Source of the DNA: an uncultured Planctomycetota bacterium
GTDB taxonomy: Bacteria; Planctomycetota; Planctomycetia; Isosphaerales; Isosphaeraceae
Direction: 5' to 3'
DNA: 64,000 nucleotides
NCBI GenBank assembly: GCA_963845755.1
Contig: CAWJTV010000039.1
Coordinates: 1-64,000 of the forward strand
Each line of letters starts with the position of its first letter. Within the stretch, counting starts at the first letter, position 1. A model generated the notes under the pieces. It searched no databases. It saw nothing but the letters and a program-made list of their open reading frames with translations, and was not told where the DNA came from. The translations under genes were made by a program, and so were the position numbers. Of this stretch, positions 22,508 to 37,400 are shown in pieces.

Positions 22508-22861
22508 ATGGCTTTCGCATCCAGGATCAACCGATTGTTTGGCATGAAGTCCCGCTTGTCCGGCTCGAGCCGCCGCGCCGTAGCGGCCCGAGAGCAGGCC
22601 CGCCGCCGCCGCACCGCGCTGCATCTGGAATCGCTCGAAGACCGCGTCATGTTGACCTCCGTGACGCTTCAGGTGAACACGGTCAACGATGTGCCGCTCG
22701 GCACGTTGCTGCCGACCTTGGGATGGGATACGAACGATAATGGAGAGATCTCTTTGCGGTCGGCGCTCGGGGCGGTCAACTACTACGGGGCGGAGAACCA
22801 TGGGACGCTCAGCTCGATCACGATCGACGTCCCTTCCGGAGTTCCGGCGACACCATACTGA
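22508..22861 (+). pseudogene. Truncated third surface protein SP3 (N-terminus only)
   Basis: MAFASRINRLFGMKSRL...RRRRTALHLESLEDRVMLTSVTLQVNTVND...ISLRSAL. The frame ends inside the first repeat copy at about 22839. Confidence 0.8.
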
Positions 22862-23026
22862 TCTGGAGTTCCGGGGACACCACACTGAGTTCCGGGGACA
22901 CCATACTGATCGCCGAGCTCGCGAATCACGGAAGCGTTCGACTCGAGTTAGAGTTCCGGGGACACCATACTGATCGCCGGTTCGCGAATCGCGGAAGCGT
23001 TCGACTCGAGTTACGGGGCACCATTC
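22839..23026. repeat. Cluster of GAGTTCCGGGGACACCATACTGA repeats, including a ~64-bp tandem duplication
   Basis: Copies start at 22839, 22866, 22887 and 22951, with a degenerate copy at 23008. 22887-22950 is repeated at 22951-23013. Confidence 0.9.
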
Positions 23027-23331
23027 CGGTTTTCAGCTCGCAAATGGCGAACGCGTGTACCACGACTGAGGTTCGTCCGGGCCACGACGCCCGTTCGAGT
23101 ACACCAAGCCGATCGCCCGCTCGATGATCGCGCGACCGGGTTTCTCGCATGGCCCCTTAACACGGCGTCACGGTTCCCGAAGCGCTGGGTCAATGTCGAT
23201 CGCCGCGATCCGCCGTACTGGATTGCCCAGCCCTTGACGCCGAATGATCGATTCAAAGGCTACCCAAGTGGATCTAGGATCACGCTCGAACATCAGTTTT
23301 CGCTATAATTCGTTGCAGCCAAAGGAGATAA

Positions 23332-23375
23332 CTGGGGATCTAGGATTCGAACCTAGACTAAGTGATCCAGAGTCA
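23332..23375 (-). tRNA. 3' half of tRNA-Gln(CTG); probable att-site duplicate, not a full gene
   Basis: Reverse complement TGACTCTGGATCACTTAGTCTAGGTTCGAATCCTAGATCCCCAG has an anticodon loop with CTG, a T-arm CTAGG-TTCGAAT-CCTAG and an acceptor 3' strand. No D-arm or 5' acceptor strand upstream. Confidence 0.85.
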
Positions 23376-23884
23376 TGAGGGCTACCTTTCAGCAAACCTC
23401 CAAAATCTCGCTATCTCCGCAATTGAGTTGAACTTATGACTTTCCACATTTCTCATGGGTTGCTATGATTCTGCACGCTTTCCCGGTTTTGGCGTGCAGA
23501 AGCGTGTACGGCCTACTGTACCAGATGACCCGAGCTCCGGCCACTTCATCGCTCGACGTCTTCTGCCTTCAGCCGCCTCGGAACGCCCCGCTCGTCGCCG
23601 ATCCGGTAGGCTGGGATGCCTGCTCAGATGGCCTGCCTCGCCAGGTCTTTCGTCCAGGCATCGAGCAGTGCGCGGTGGAGGATGACGCAGAGCCCGGCGC
23701 CGCGGAGCATCGCGAGACTACGGAACGGGATAGACTCGTCACCCAGAAGGTCGAATTCGGCCGCGTGCCGCTCGGCCCCAATCCGCTGGCCCCGGGTTTC
23801 CGTCGCGAAGGATTCGGCCATCCCGGTATCGTCGCTATGGACGACGTGACACCGATCGGGAAACCACGGTTCTCCCTCACTTTC

Positions 23885-25346
23885 GTCCCCGCTGGCGAAC
23901 AGGGCCCGGAGATGGCTCATTTCATCCGCCCCGGCCTCGCCCCACCGCATCCCGCCCCCCTTCATCCGCTTGCCGGTGACCGTCCTGCACGCCGATTCCA
24001 CCGGACCGGACCCGATCGCCCATCCCTTGGACACGTAAGTCGGATAGTCCATCCGATGTACCTGATTCGCGACGTAGCCCACCATCTCGCTGTGCCCCGC
24101 CGCACCGACTCGCGGCCATCGAGCTCCATCCTGAGCAGCGGATCCAGCACCGCCTGGCCCCCCTCGTGCTTCAAGCGATGGCACCACCGCTCATACCACT
24201 CCACGCGGTCCGCCTCGTCGCCGGGATACTGGGCCCGGCCCTGATCCCCGAGGTGTTCCGCCGCGTCGTAGAAGTCCAGGATAACCGCCTCGATCCGCGG
24301 GAAGTTCACCTTCAGCAGGTCCTCCAGCCCGCTGCCGGCGGCGCCCAGCGCGATCCAGCGATCGGCCCGATCCCTGCCCACTTGGGCCGCTTGCTTCCGC
24401 AGCGGTTCGGCCGGCGAGGCCTGCCCCTTGAGCCCCGCGACGAATCGCGCCGGGAATCACGGCGCCCGGCCGCGGGCATTAGCCCATCGCTCCTGATCTT
24501 CGGACACGGGGTTGTAGACCTTACCCACCGCCGTCATCCACCCCTCGGCCGTTTTGGCGCCGGGGCCCTGCATGCCCAACCCGGTCAGGTCCAACGAGAC
24601 GTAGGCGCAGGTCTTCCCCTGGGTATCCTTGTGCCAACCCCAGTCGCGCGCCGCGCGGAAGGTCTCACCAGCGACCAGGCGGACCCCGATGTCCCGGCCG
24701 ACTGCTTCGCTGGTCCGCTGCACGGTCTACTAACTGAGGCGGACCCCCGCCATCTTGCGCAACACGACCTGGCCGGCCTCGGCGACGCTATCGACCGCGC
24801 CGGCGAGGCATAGAACCTCGCACAACCTGGGCGTCGAGGCGGTGCGATCGAGTCCCCAGGACGTCATCCCAGGGCACGAAGCCGTGCCCGCAATGGCGGC
24901 AGTGATAATAGGCCCGCTCCAACCCGACCGCCCCGATCAGGCTGGCGACGGTCTTGGGCCGGTAGCCGACGAACCGGGCCGATTCGTGGCAGTGGGGGGC
25001 AGCTCCTTGGTACCCCCCCTTTTTTCCGCTCGTTCAGAGCGGTCTGGAGGGCCGTGACTCCGATCTTGTGGACGCGGTCTCGGACCTCGAACTCGGTCTG
25101 TCCCAGGAGCTGGCGATCGGGCTGGGAGGCCAGGAGTTCGGCGAGGGAGCGGAGGTCGGATGCGACGGCCTGCTGCAGGGACTCGAAGATGCGCTCGGCC
25201 GACTCGGCTTGCTCGAGGGTCAAAGGCGATGTACACATGGAGGCCCTCTGTGAACAAATGACAATGAAATCTGGGCGAACCCATCGGAGGCCTCTGTTGT
25301 ACGATTTTTTCCACCTACTTTCGAGACGCCCCCACTTCATGCGCCC
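23885..25346 (-). mobile_element. Degraded ISKra4-family element (transposase pseudogene)
   Basis: LAELLASQPDRQLLGQTEFEVRDRVHKIG...NERKKGG, ILDFYDAAEHL, RMDYPTYVSKGWAIGSGPVESACRTV...RMKGGGMRW. Tandem in-frame TAG TAG at 24727-24732; right end appears lost. Confidence 0.8.
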
Positions 25347-26493
25347 ACACGATTGTTCCCACTTGAATTCATTGGGGGTTCTTTGCTAACATGCTGGCTG
25401 TGTAGCTGTGATGGTTCCCGAGCGGTCGTTTCCCTAAGAGACATCTGAGGTCGAAGACCTCGGCGTACGTTTCATTAAACACTCCTCGACGAATGCACGT
25501 CGCGGAAGATGCCGAGTTACGGCCCCGGATCGCTTGCGAAGCGGATCTTGCGACTCATTAGGGTTGTTCCGGAATAGGGGCATGAATCGAAGCAAGTAAT
25601 TGACAGCAAAGAACTTGCGGCCTGCTCTGAGATTATCCACAACCCATTGTCTCACAGTGACTTAGGCTTATTGTAGAACAACCCTAACAAAGTTGACGGC
25701 CGCACAGTCGGCAACCTCTGAGAACTCAGCATTTCCCGACGATTTGACTCGGGGCTGAGCCGCAGAGAGGGAGATTCTGGATTTCCGGAGGCTGGGAAAC
25801 CCGGGGATCCACTGATCGACTCGTGTGGAAGACGCAATGCGTGGTTGCGTGCGTGCCATCTGGCGATGTGTGCCCATGAGTGCGCCGATCGGGATCGTCA
25901 TCGGTGAAGAGGATGATAATAAGCCTGTCAAAACCCGGCGGGCCGCAATGTTTCAGTTTCTCCAAAAGGTTTTATCGGGATTTCTAGGAGTTTTCTGCCC
26001 AGATCATGAGGGACGCGGTTCGTACGAGAGACTGATCCAGCACGCTCGGTATTCGTCCTGGATCCGACGGACATCGTTGCGGCAGCGCGTGGCCTCGGTT
26101 TGAGCAAAGCCTTGGGGGGAGTGGTCGAAGGCCGAGTGACACGCCCGGGCACACGTGTCCGGATCCGCATCTCAGCGAAGAGATGTAGTATTATTCTTGA
26201 GCGTGTCCTTTGTGATTGACGTCGAGAATAAGCTTACAGGACCATGGCAGCCCGTCCGAGGGGGGGCGTATTGCGCCGGCAGCAATGCATGCAGTTACTC
26301 ATATAAATGCAATCGATTGACCTGCATTCTTCGAGGTCTTGGGTATCCGTCGATGTGCCTCCAGGTGTGCGCGAATACCGGGCTTTTTCGTTAACGAATT
26401 GCACCGTCCCGCCATGGAAGACGCAAGGGCATCAGATCGGTCCGGTTCCTGAGACCCCGGTGTTTCACCCATAGGGACCGTTGAAAGAGTGCC

Positions 26494-29816
<3,323 letters not shown>

Positions 29817-29857
29817 GGTGAATGGACGGGCAGCGGGACCTGGGGCGAGGATGACGA

Positions 29858-32800
29858 ATGCGGTCAACGGGACCTGAATACAGCGGGGCCATCGCGATCA
29901 TCGGGATCGGGGGACGCTTCCCGGGCGCGGCGGATCTCCACGAATTCTGGGAGAACCTGGCCCTAGGTAGGGAGTCTCTGCGCGACTTCGACGACGAGGA
30001 ACTCCGGACGGCGGGCGTGCCGGCGAGCCTGCTCGATGACCCCCGCTACGTGAGGCGGGGCACCTTCATCGAGGGAGCGTACCTCTTCGACGCGGCCTTC
30101 TTTGGGATGAACCCGCGCGAGGCCGAGGTCACGGATCCGCAGCACCGCGTCTTCCTGGAATGCGCCTGGGAGGCGCTCGAGGACGCCGGTTATGCGGCCG
30201 AACCGCGGCCGGGGCCGGTCGGCGTCTATGCCGGCGCTGGACCGAACACTTATTTACATCATAACATGCTTACGAATTCGGAGATCGTCGAGTCCGTCGG
30301 GGGATACCAGTTGATGCTGGCCTCCGAGAAGGATTATCTCGCGAGCCGCGTCTCGTACAAGCTGAACCTCCGCGGCCCGAGCCTGTCGATCCAGACCGCC
30401 TGCTCGACGTCGCTGGTGGCCGTCGCCGTGGCCTGCGAGCATCTGATTCGAGGATCCTGCGACATGGCCCTGGCCGGCGGCATCTCCCTGACCTTCCCCG
30501 CCAAGTCGGGCTACCTGTACACCGAGGGGATGATCCTGTCCCCGGACGGGCACTGCCGGCCCTTCGACGCGCGGGCGAACGGGACGCGCGGCAGCGCCGG
30601 AGCAGGCATCGTCGTCCTGAGGCGACTCGAGGACGCCGTGCGTGACCGCGACCATATCCGGGCCGTGATCCGCGGCATCGCGCTCAACAACGACGGCTCG
30701 AGGAAGGTCGGGTTCACGGCCCCGAGCGTCGAGGGCCAGGCGGAGGTGATCGCCGCCGCCCAGGCGATGGCCGCGGTGGGACCGGCGTCGATCTCTTACG
30801 TCGAGGCGCACGGTACGGCCACGCCGCTCGGCGACCCGATCGAGGTTGCGGCGCTCGAGAAGGTCTTCCGCGGGCACCGACAAGAGGCGCTTCTGTGCCA
30901 TCGGTTCGCTCAAGAGCAATCTGGGCCACCTGGACGCGGCGGCGGGCGTGGCCGGCCTCATCAAGGTCGTGCTCTCCCTGGAGAACAAAGCGATCCCGCC
31001 GAGCCTGCATTACCAGCGCCCGAATCCCCAGATTGACTTCGAGAACGGGCCGTTCTTCGTCAACGACCGACTCCGCGCGTGGGAGGCGGACGGGGGCCGT
31101 CGTCGCGCGGGCGTCAGCTCCTTCGGGATCGGCGGCACGAATGCCCACGCCGTCCTGGAGGAGGCACCGGACCCGCCCGAGATCGCGACGAGATGGCCGT
31201 GCCAGCTCCTGACGCTGTCGGCCCTCTCCGGCAGGGCGCTGGGCCGCGCGGCCGCCGACCTCGGCCGATGGATGGAGCGCCATCCGGAGTTCGACCTGGC
31301 GAACGTCGCCTATACCCTTCAGGTCGGCCGCAAGCGGTTCCCGCACCGGCTCGCCGTCCTGGCGCGGGGGCGCGAGGAGGCGATCCAGGCGCTCACCGGG
31401 AAGGGGCCCCACGCCCCATTCACCGGCAAGCAGGAGGCGACGGACCGGCCGGTGGCATTCCTGTTCAGCGGGCAGGGCAGCCAGCACGCCGGCATGGCCG
31501 CGCGGCTCTACGAGGCGGAGCCGACCTTCCGCGGGGCGCTGCAGGAATGCGCCGGGATCCTGAAGGGTCACCTCGGATCCGACCTACTGGAGTTGCTGTT
31601 CGGTCGGTCGGCCGAGCGCGACGGCGGCCCGATCGCGGCGACGGCCGCCTCGCGGCCCTCGCTGGTCCCGACCGCGCTGGCCCAGCCGGCGCTCTTCGCC
31701 GTCGAGTATTCGCTGGCACGAATGTGGATCCGCTGGGGCGTGGTACCGCGGGCGATGATCGGCCACAGCGTCGGCGAGTATGCCGCCGCCTGCGTGGCCG
31801 GGGTCTTCTCCCTGGCCGATGGGCTGGCGCTGGTCGCCGAGCGCGGGCGGCTGATGCAGCAGATGCCGGCGGGCGCGATGATTGCCGTCTCCATGGGGGT
31901 CGATCGGGCGGAGATGCTCTGCGGCGCCGGCCTGGAGATCGCCGCGGTGAACACGCCGGGCCTGTGTACCGTTGCCGGCCCAGTCGGCGAGATCGAGGAG
32001 CTCGGGCGCAGGCTGGAGGGGGAGGGGGTGGCCTGCCGCATGCTCCACGTATCGCACGCCTTCCACTCGCCGATGATGGACCCGATACTGGAGGCGTTCC
32101 GCGAGTACGTGAGCCGGATCGAGTTGCACGCGCCGCGGATCCCCTTCGTCTCCAACCTCACGGGCCGATGGATCACCGACCGGGAGGCTACCGACCCCGC
32201 GTACTGGGCCCGCCACCTCCGGCGCACGGTCCGGTTTGCCGATGGCCTGGCGGAGCTCGTGGGCGAGGTCGCACCCATGCTCCTCGAGGTCGGGCCGGGC
32301 GATGTTCTGAGCACGTTCGCGCGTCAGTGCGGCGAGACCGACGTCTTTACGTCCCTACCCCATCCGCGGTCGGCGGAGCCCGACTCCGAGCACGCGCTCG
32401 CGACGCTGGGCCGGCTCTGGATCGCCGGCGCGGCGGTGGACTGGGCCGGGTTCCACGAGCACGAGCGGCTGTGCCGAGTGCCCCTGCCGACTTATCCGTT
32501 TGAACGTCGCCCCTATGTCGTGCAGCCAAGCGGGAAGCCCGTGTCACGGGGCGACATCGGAGGGCTGCCTCCGAAGAAGACGGACCTGGCGGACTGGTTC
32601 TATGTCCCGACGTGGAGACGAACCCCAGCGCCGTCGAACATTGCATCCCGGTCGCCAGCCGGCAGAGGGCCGCTGGCTGGTGTTCGCCAACGACACGGCG
32701 CTCAGCGGGTCGATCGTCGGCGCTCTGGCGGCGGCGGGCCGGCCCGTGGCGACCGTGCTCGAGCGACCGAGCCGCTCGCGCCGCGGGACCTCCTACGGAA

Positions 32801-34432
32801 TCCGGCCGGGGGAGAGTGAGGACTACGAGTGGCTGCTTAGCGAACTCTCGGGGCAAGGCCTGGACCCCGACCATATCGTTCACCTGTGGAGCGTCACGGA
32901 GGGCCGCGAGCCGGCTCAGCCCGATGAGACCGGTTTCTTCAGCCTGATCGGCCTCGCGCGGGCCTGCGCCGACCTCCCGGACGAGAAGCGGCGAGACGTG
33001 CTCGTGGTCTCCGACGGTCTGCACTCCGTTCACGGAGGCGAGATTTTCTTTCCGGAGAAGGCCACGCTGCTCGGCCCGGTCAAGGTGATCCCGCAGGAGA
33101 TCACGTCGCTGCTCATGCGGGCCGTCAACGTCGAGGGCGTCTCGACGGGGCTCGAGCGAGAGCGCCTCGCGCGTGAATTGCTGCTCGAGATGGCGGTGGC
33201 CCGCGAGACCTCCCTGGCAGCCTATCGGCGAGGGCAGCGGTGGGAGCAGAGGTACGAGCCGCAGAGGCTAGACGAGCCGGACGGCGTGAGGTTGCGGCGG
33301 AGGGGGGCCTACCTGATCACCGGCGGGCTGGGGGGAATCGGGTTGGTACTCGCGCGGTGGCTGCGCGGGAGTGTCAGGCGAGGCTGGTGTTGACCACGCG
33401 GGGCTCCTTCCCGGCGCGCGACGACTGGCAGGAGTGGCTGGACCGGCACCCCGACGCTGAAGCCAATTCCCGCAGGATCCGCGCCTTGCTCGAGATCGAG
33501 GCCGCCGGTGCGGAGATCCTGATCGGGGTCGCGGACGCCGCCGACGAGCGGGCCATGGCGGCCGCCATCGAAGGGGCCTGGATGCGGTGGGGCAGGATCG
33601 ATGGCGTCATCCATGCGGCGGGCCTGCCCGGCGGCGGGCTGGTCCAACTGAAGACCCGGGAGGCTGCCGCGGCGGTCCTCGCCCCCAAGGTCAAGGGGAC
33701 CCGGGTCCTGGAAGACCTGCTCCGGGAGAACCCGCCGGATTTCCTGGTCCTTTGCTCGTCGATCAACGCGATCGGTGGCGGATCGGGTGCGGTCAACTAC
33801 TCGCCGCCAACCTGTTCCTGGACACCTTCGCGGCCTCGCCGCACGCGCTGGCCGGGACGCACGTGGTGGCGATCGGATGGGATGCCTGGCAGGAGTCGGG
33901 CATGGCCGCCAGCCGGGTCGTCCCGGCACACATGCGCGCGGCCCAGGCGCTGTTCCTCGAGCAGAAGATCCGGGACGACGAGGGGATCGCGGCGCTGCGG
34001 CGGGTCTTGGGCACGCGGCTCGAGCGGGTGGCGGTCATCCCGCAAGACCTCGCGATGCTGTTGCAGCTCCTGGCTGAACGGGAGCGGGCCGACGCGGGGG
34101 AGGCAACGGAAGAGGGCGCCGCGATGACGTCCCCGCCCCGGCCGGCGGCCGGGGTTCGAGGGAGGATCCTCGAGATCTGGCGGGAACTGCTGGGGATCCG
34201 GGAGATCGGGCCGGATGACAACTTTTTCGAGCTTGGGGGCCACTCGCTGCTGGGGACCAGCATGCTGTCGCGTGTGCGCCGCGAGCTCGGGGTCTCGCTC
34301 CCGCTGCGTGCCCTGTTCGAGGCACCGACGGTGCGAACCTTGGCCGAACGGGTCGAGACGCTGGTCTGGGCGGTCGCGGGCGTCCCCGCGCGGGATGGAG
34401 CCGAGGCCGACCGCGAGGAAATTGAAATATGA
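29858..34432 (+). CDS. Hybrid-type cis-AT PKS: KS-AT(malonyl)-KR-ACP with C-terminal SLiM; frameshifted
   Basis: SEKDYLASRVSYKLNLRGP...QTACSTS, HGTAT, GHSVGE, HAFH, TGGLGGIG, GGHSLL, C-terminus DREEIEI. Confidence 0.9.
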
Positions 34433-37400
34433 GCTGCGAAGCGATCCTCAGTGAACTACGCACCCGCCGGATCCGGCTCTGGGTGAACGGCGGCCGGCTG
34501 CGGTGCAGCGCGCCGAAAGGGGCGATGACGCCCGAGCTCGAGGACGCGATCGGCCGATACAAGTCGGATCTCCTGGGCCTCCTCAGTGCGGCCGGCACGC
34601 GCGAGCGGGAGGCCGTCGGGCGGGTGCCGCGGATGGCCAGGATGCCGCTCTCGTTCGGTCAGGAACAATTCTGGTTCCTCACCAAATTGTCACCGGGCAG
34701 CGGCTACAACATCGCCGCGTATTGGGAAGTCCCCGGCGAAGTAGACGCTGGGATTCTCGGGCGAGCCGTCGCGGCCGTCGTCGCCCGGCACGAAATCCTC
34801 CGGACGAGGTTCTTCGAGCATGGCGGCATGCCCTCCGCGTCGATCTCTCCCGACGTGCCGACGCCATTCGAGGTGATGGACGTGCCGAATGAGCCCCTGA
34901 CGGTCCTCAAGCAATTGGCGCAACAACCCTTTGATCTCTCGAGCGCACCGCTCATCCGCACGACGCTTATGCGAAGGCCCGGGGCGCCCGCGGTCTTCGG
35001 GCTGGTCGTCCACCACATCGTCTCCGACGGCTGGTCCCTCGGGGTGTTGTTCAAGGAGCTTGCGCTCGCATACGACGCCCTGTCCCGGGGTGCGGTCGTT
35101 CCCTGGCCGGAGCTCCCGGTCCAGTACGCGGACTATGTGGCATGGCAGCGGGAGCAGGTCGAGGCCGCGGGCTTCACCGCTGAGCTCGATTACTGGGAGC
35201 GGAAGCTCAAGGACTGCCCGACGACCCTGCAACTGCCCAGAGCCCGGCCGGCCGCCGGGGTGTGGGCGCGCGCAGCGCGGCCCTCACGTTCCCGCTCGGG
35301 CGTCGGGCGTCCGAAGGCGTCCGAGCACTGTGCGCACCGCGAGGGAGCGACGCCCTACATGGTCCTCGCGAGCATCTATGGCGCCCTGCTGTTCCGCTAT
35401 ACCGGGCAGGCGTCGATCCTGATCGGCGTCCCGGTGGCCAATCGGGTCCGTCCCGAGTTCGAGGACCTAATCGGGCTGTTCATGAACGCCCTAGTGCTCC
35501 GCGCGGATCCGGATCGCGATCAGACGGCCCGGTCGCTGGTACGTCAGGTGCGAGAGTCGATCCTGGAGCTGCATGCGCACTCGGAGGTCCCCTTCGAGAA
35601 GATCGTGGAGAGGGTCAGGCCGCAGCGCACCACCTCCTCCAATCCGCTGTTCCAAGTCGCGCTGGTGCTGCAGAACACGCCGCACAGCGACGAGTATCGC
35701 ACGGTAACGGGCGGTTCAGTGTCAGACCTGACGCTCTACGCGTGGGAGAGACCGGGCGGGGACATCGAGTGTACGTTGGAATATCGGACGGACATGTTCA
35801 GCCCCGCGACCGTCGAGCGGATCTCCGGTCACCTCGCGAACCTGGCCGCGGACTTCGCGTGCGATCCTGATCGCCCCATCGGCTGCCTAGAATTGCTCGG
35901 CGATGCGGAGCATGATGAACTGCTCGCCCTAGCTGAGAGGCCGCGGGAGGAATACCCCTCCGATCGCTGCCTCCACGAGCTGATCCGGCAGAAATGTCGC
36001 CGCACCCCGAACCGGATCGCGGTGGCCTGCGGCCAGGAGCTGACCTTCGGCGAGCTCGACGAGGCGTCCGATCGCCTGGCCGCCAGGCTCGAGCAACTCG
36101 GCGTGCGCCCGGGGGTCAGTGTGGGCATCGGCCTGGAGCGTTCGGTGCGGATCCCGGTGGCGCTCCTGGGCGTCCTGAAGGCCGGCGGCGCCTATGTGCC
36201 GCTCGACCCCCGCTTCCCCCGCCAACGCCTGGCCGACATCCTGGAGGACTCGGGGGCGGCGGTGCTGATCACCGAGAGGTCGCTGGCCGGCCGGATCCCC
36301 GCCGCAGGCGCCGTCCCGCTCTGGATGGATGAGGAACTGCCGCCGGGCCGCCCCACGAATGCGGCATCCCCCGACGACCTCGCGTATATCATCTACACTT
36401 CAGGTTCGACGGGGAGGCCGAAGGGGGTCGAGGTTCCGCACCGGGCCCTGGTGAACTTCCTTCATTCCATGCGCCGCGAACCGGGGATGCAGGCGGGCGA
36501 TCGGCTCCTGGCGGTCACGACGCTCTGCTTCGACATCGCCGCTCTGGAGATCTACCTGCCGCTCCTGGTCGGCGCCGCCTGGAGATCGCTCCGCGCGGCG
36601 CCGAGGTCGACGGGAACGCGCTGCGCCGGCTCATCGACGAGTCGGAGGCCACCGTCCTGCAGGCGACCCCCGCGACGTGGCGCCTGCTCGTCGAATCGGG
36701 CTGGGACGGCCGGGCCGGGCTGAAGATCCTGTGCGGAGGCGAAGCCCTGTCGCGCGACATGGCCGATCAACTGCTCGAGCGGGGGGCGGAGGTCTGGAAC
36801 CTGTACGGCCCGACGGAGACGACCGTCTGGTCCTCTGCGGCGAGGGTGAAGGCCGGGTCGCGCGCCGTGCCGCTCGGGGCGCCGGTGGCGAACACGTCGC
36901 TGTACGTGATCGACCCGCGCGGGCAGTTGCTCCCCAAAGGCGTGGCGGGTGAGTTGTACATCGGCGGGGATGGGCTGGCGCAGGCTATCGCAACCGGCCC
37001 GATCTGACGCGAGAGAAGTTCGTGGCCCACCCCTTCCGCCCCGGCGAGCGCCTCTACCGGACGGGGGACCTGGCGTGCTATGGCGAGGACGGGGAACTGG
37101 AGTTCCTCGGCCGGGCCGACCACCAGATCAACATCCGCGGATTCCGGATCGAGCCCGGCGAAATCGAGCAGCTCCTCGAGCGGCAGCCCGGTGTGCGGCA
37201 GGCAGTGGTCGTGGCCCATCGCGATGGCGCCGACGATCGGCTGGTGGCCTATGTGGCCGCGCAGGCCCGGGCACCGGCCGCAGCCAGGGGACCTGAGGGA
37301 CGCCGTGGACCGCACGCTTCCCAGCTACATGATGCCGGCGTCGTTCATGTTCCTGGACGACATGCCGCTGACCCCCAACGGGAAGCTGGACCGCGGCGCC

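Noticed and set aside
22839..23026. Possible CRISPR array (23-bp repeats)
   Set aside because: Spacing is irregular (27, 21, 64, 57 bp), the two long 'spacers' are copies of each other, and no cas genes are present.
23332..23375. Functional tRNA-Gln gene
   Set aside because: D-arm and 5' acceptor strand are absent; only the 3' 44 nt match.
25948..26103. Small peptide or RiPP precursor ORF (MFQFLQKVLSGFLGVFCPDH...)
   Set aside because: No clear RBS, no recognisable leader motif and no RiPP enzymes nearby.
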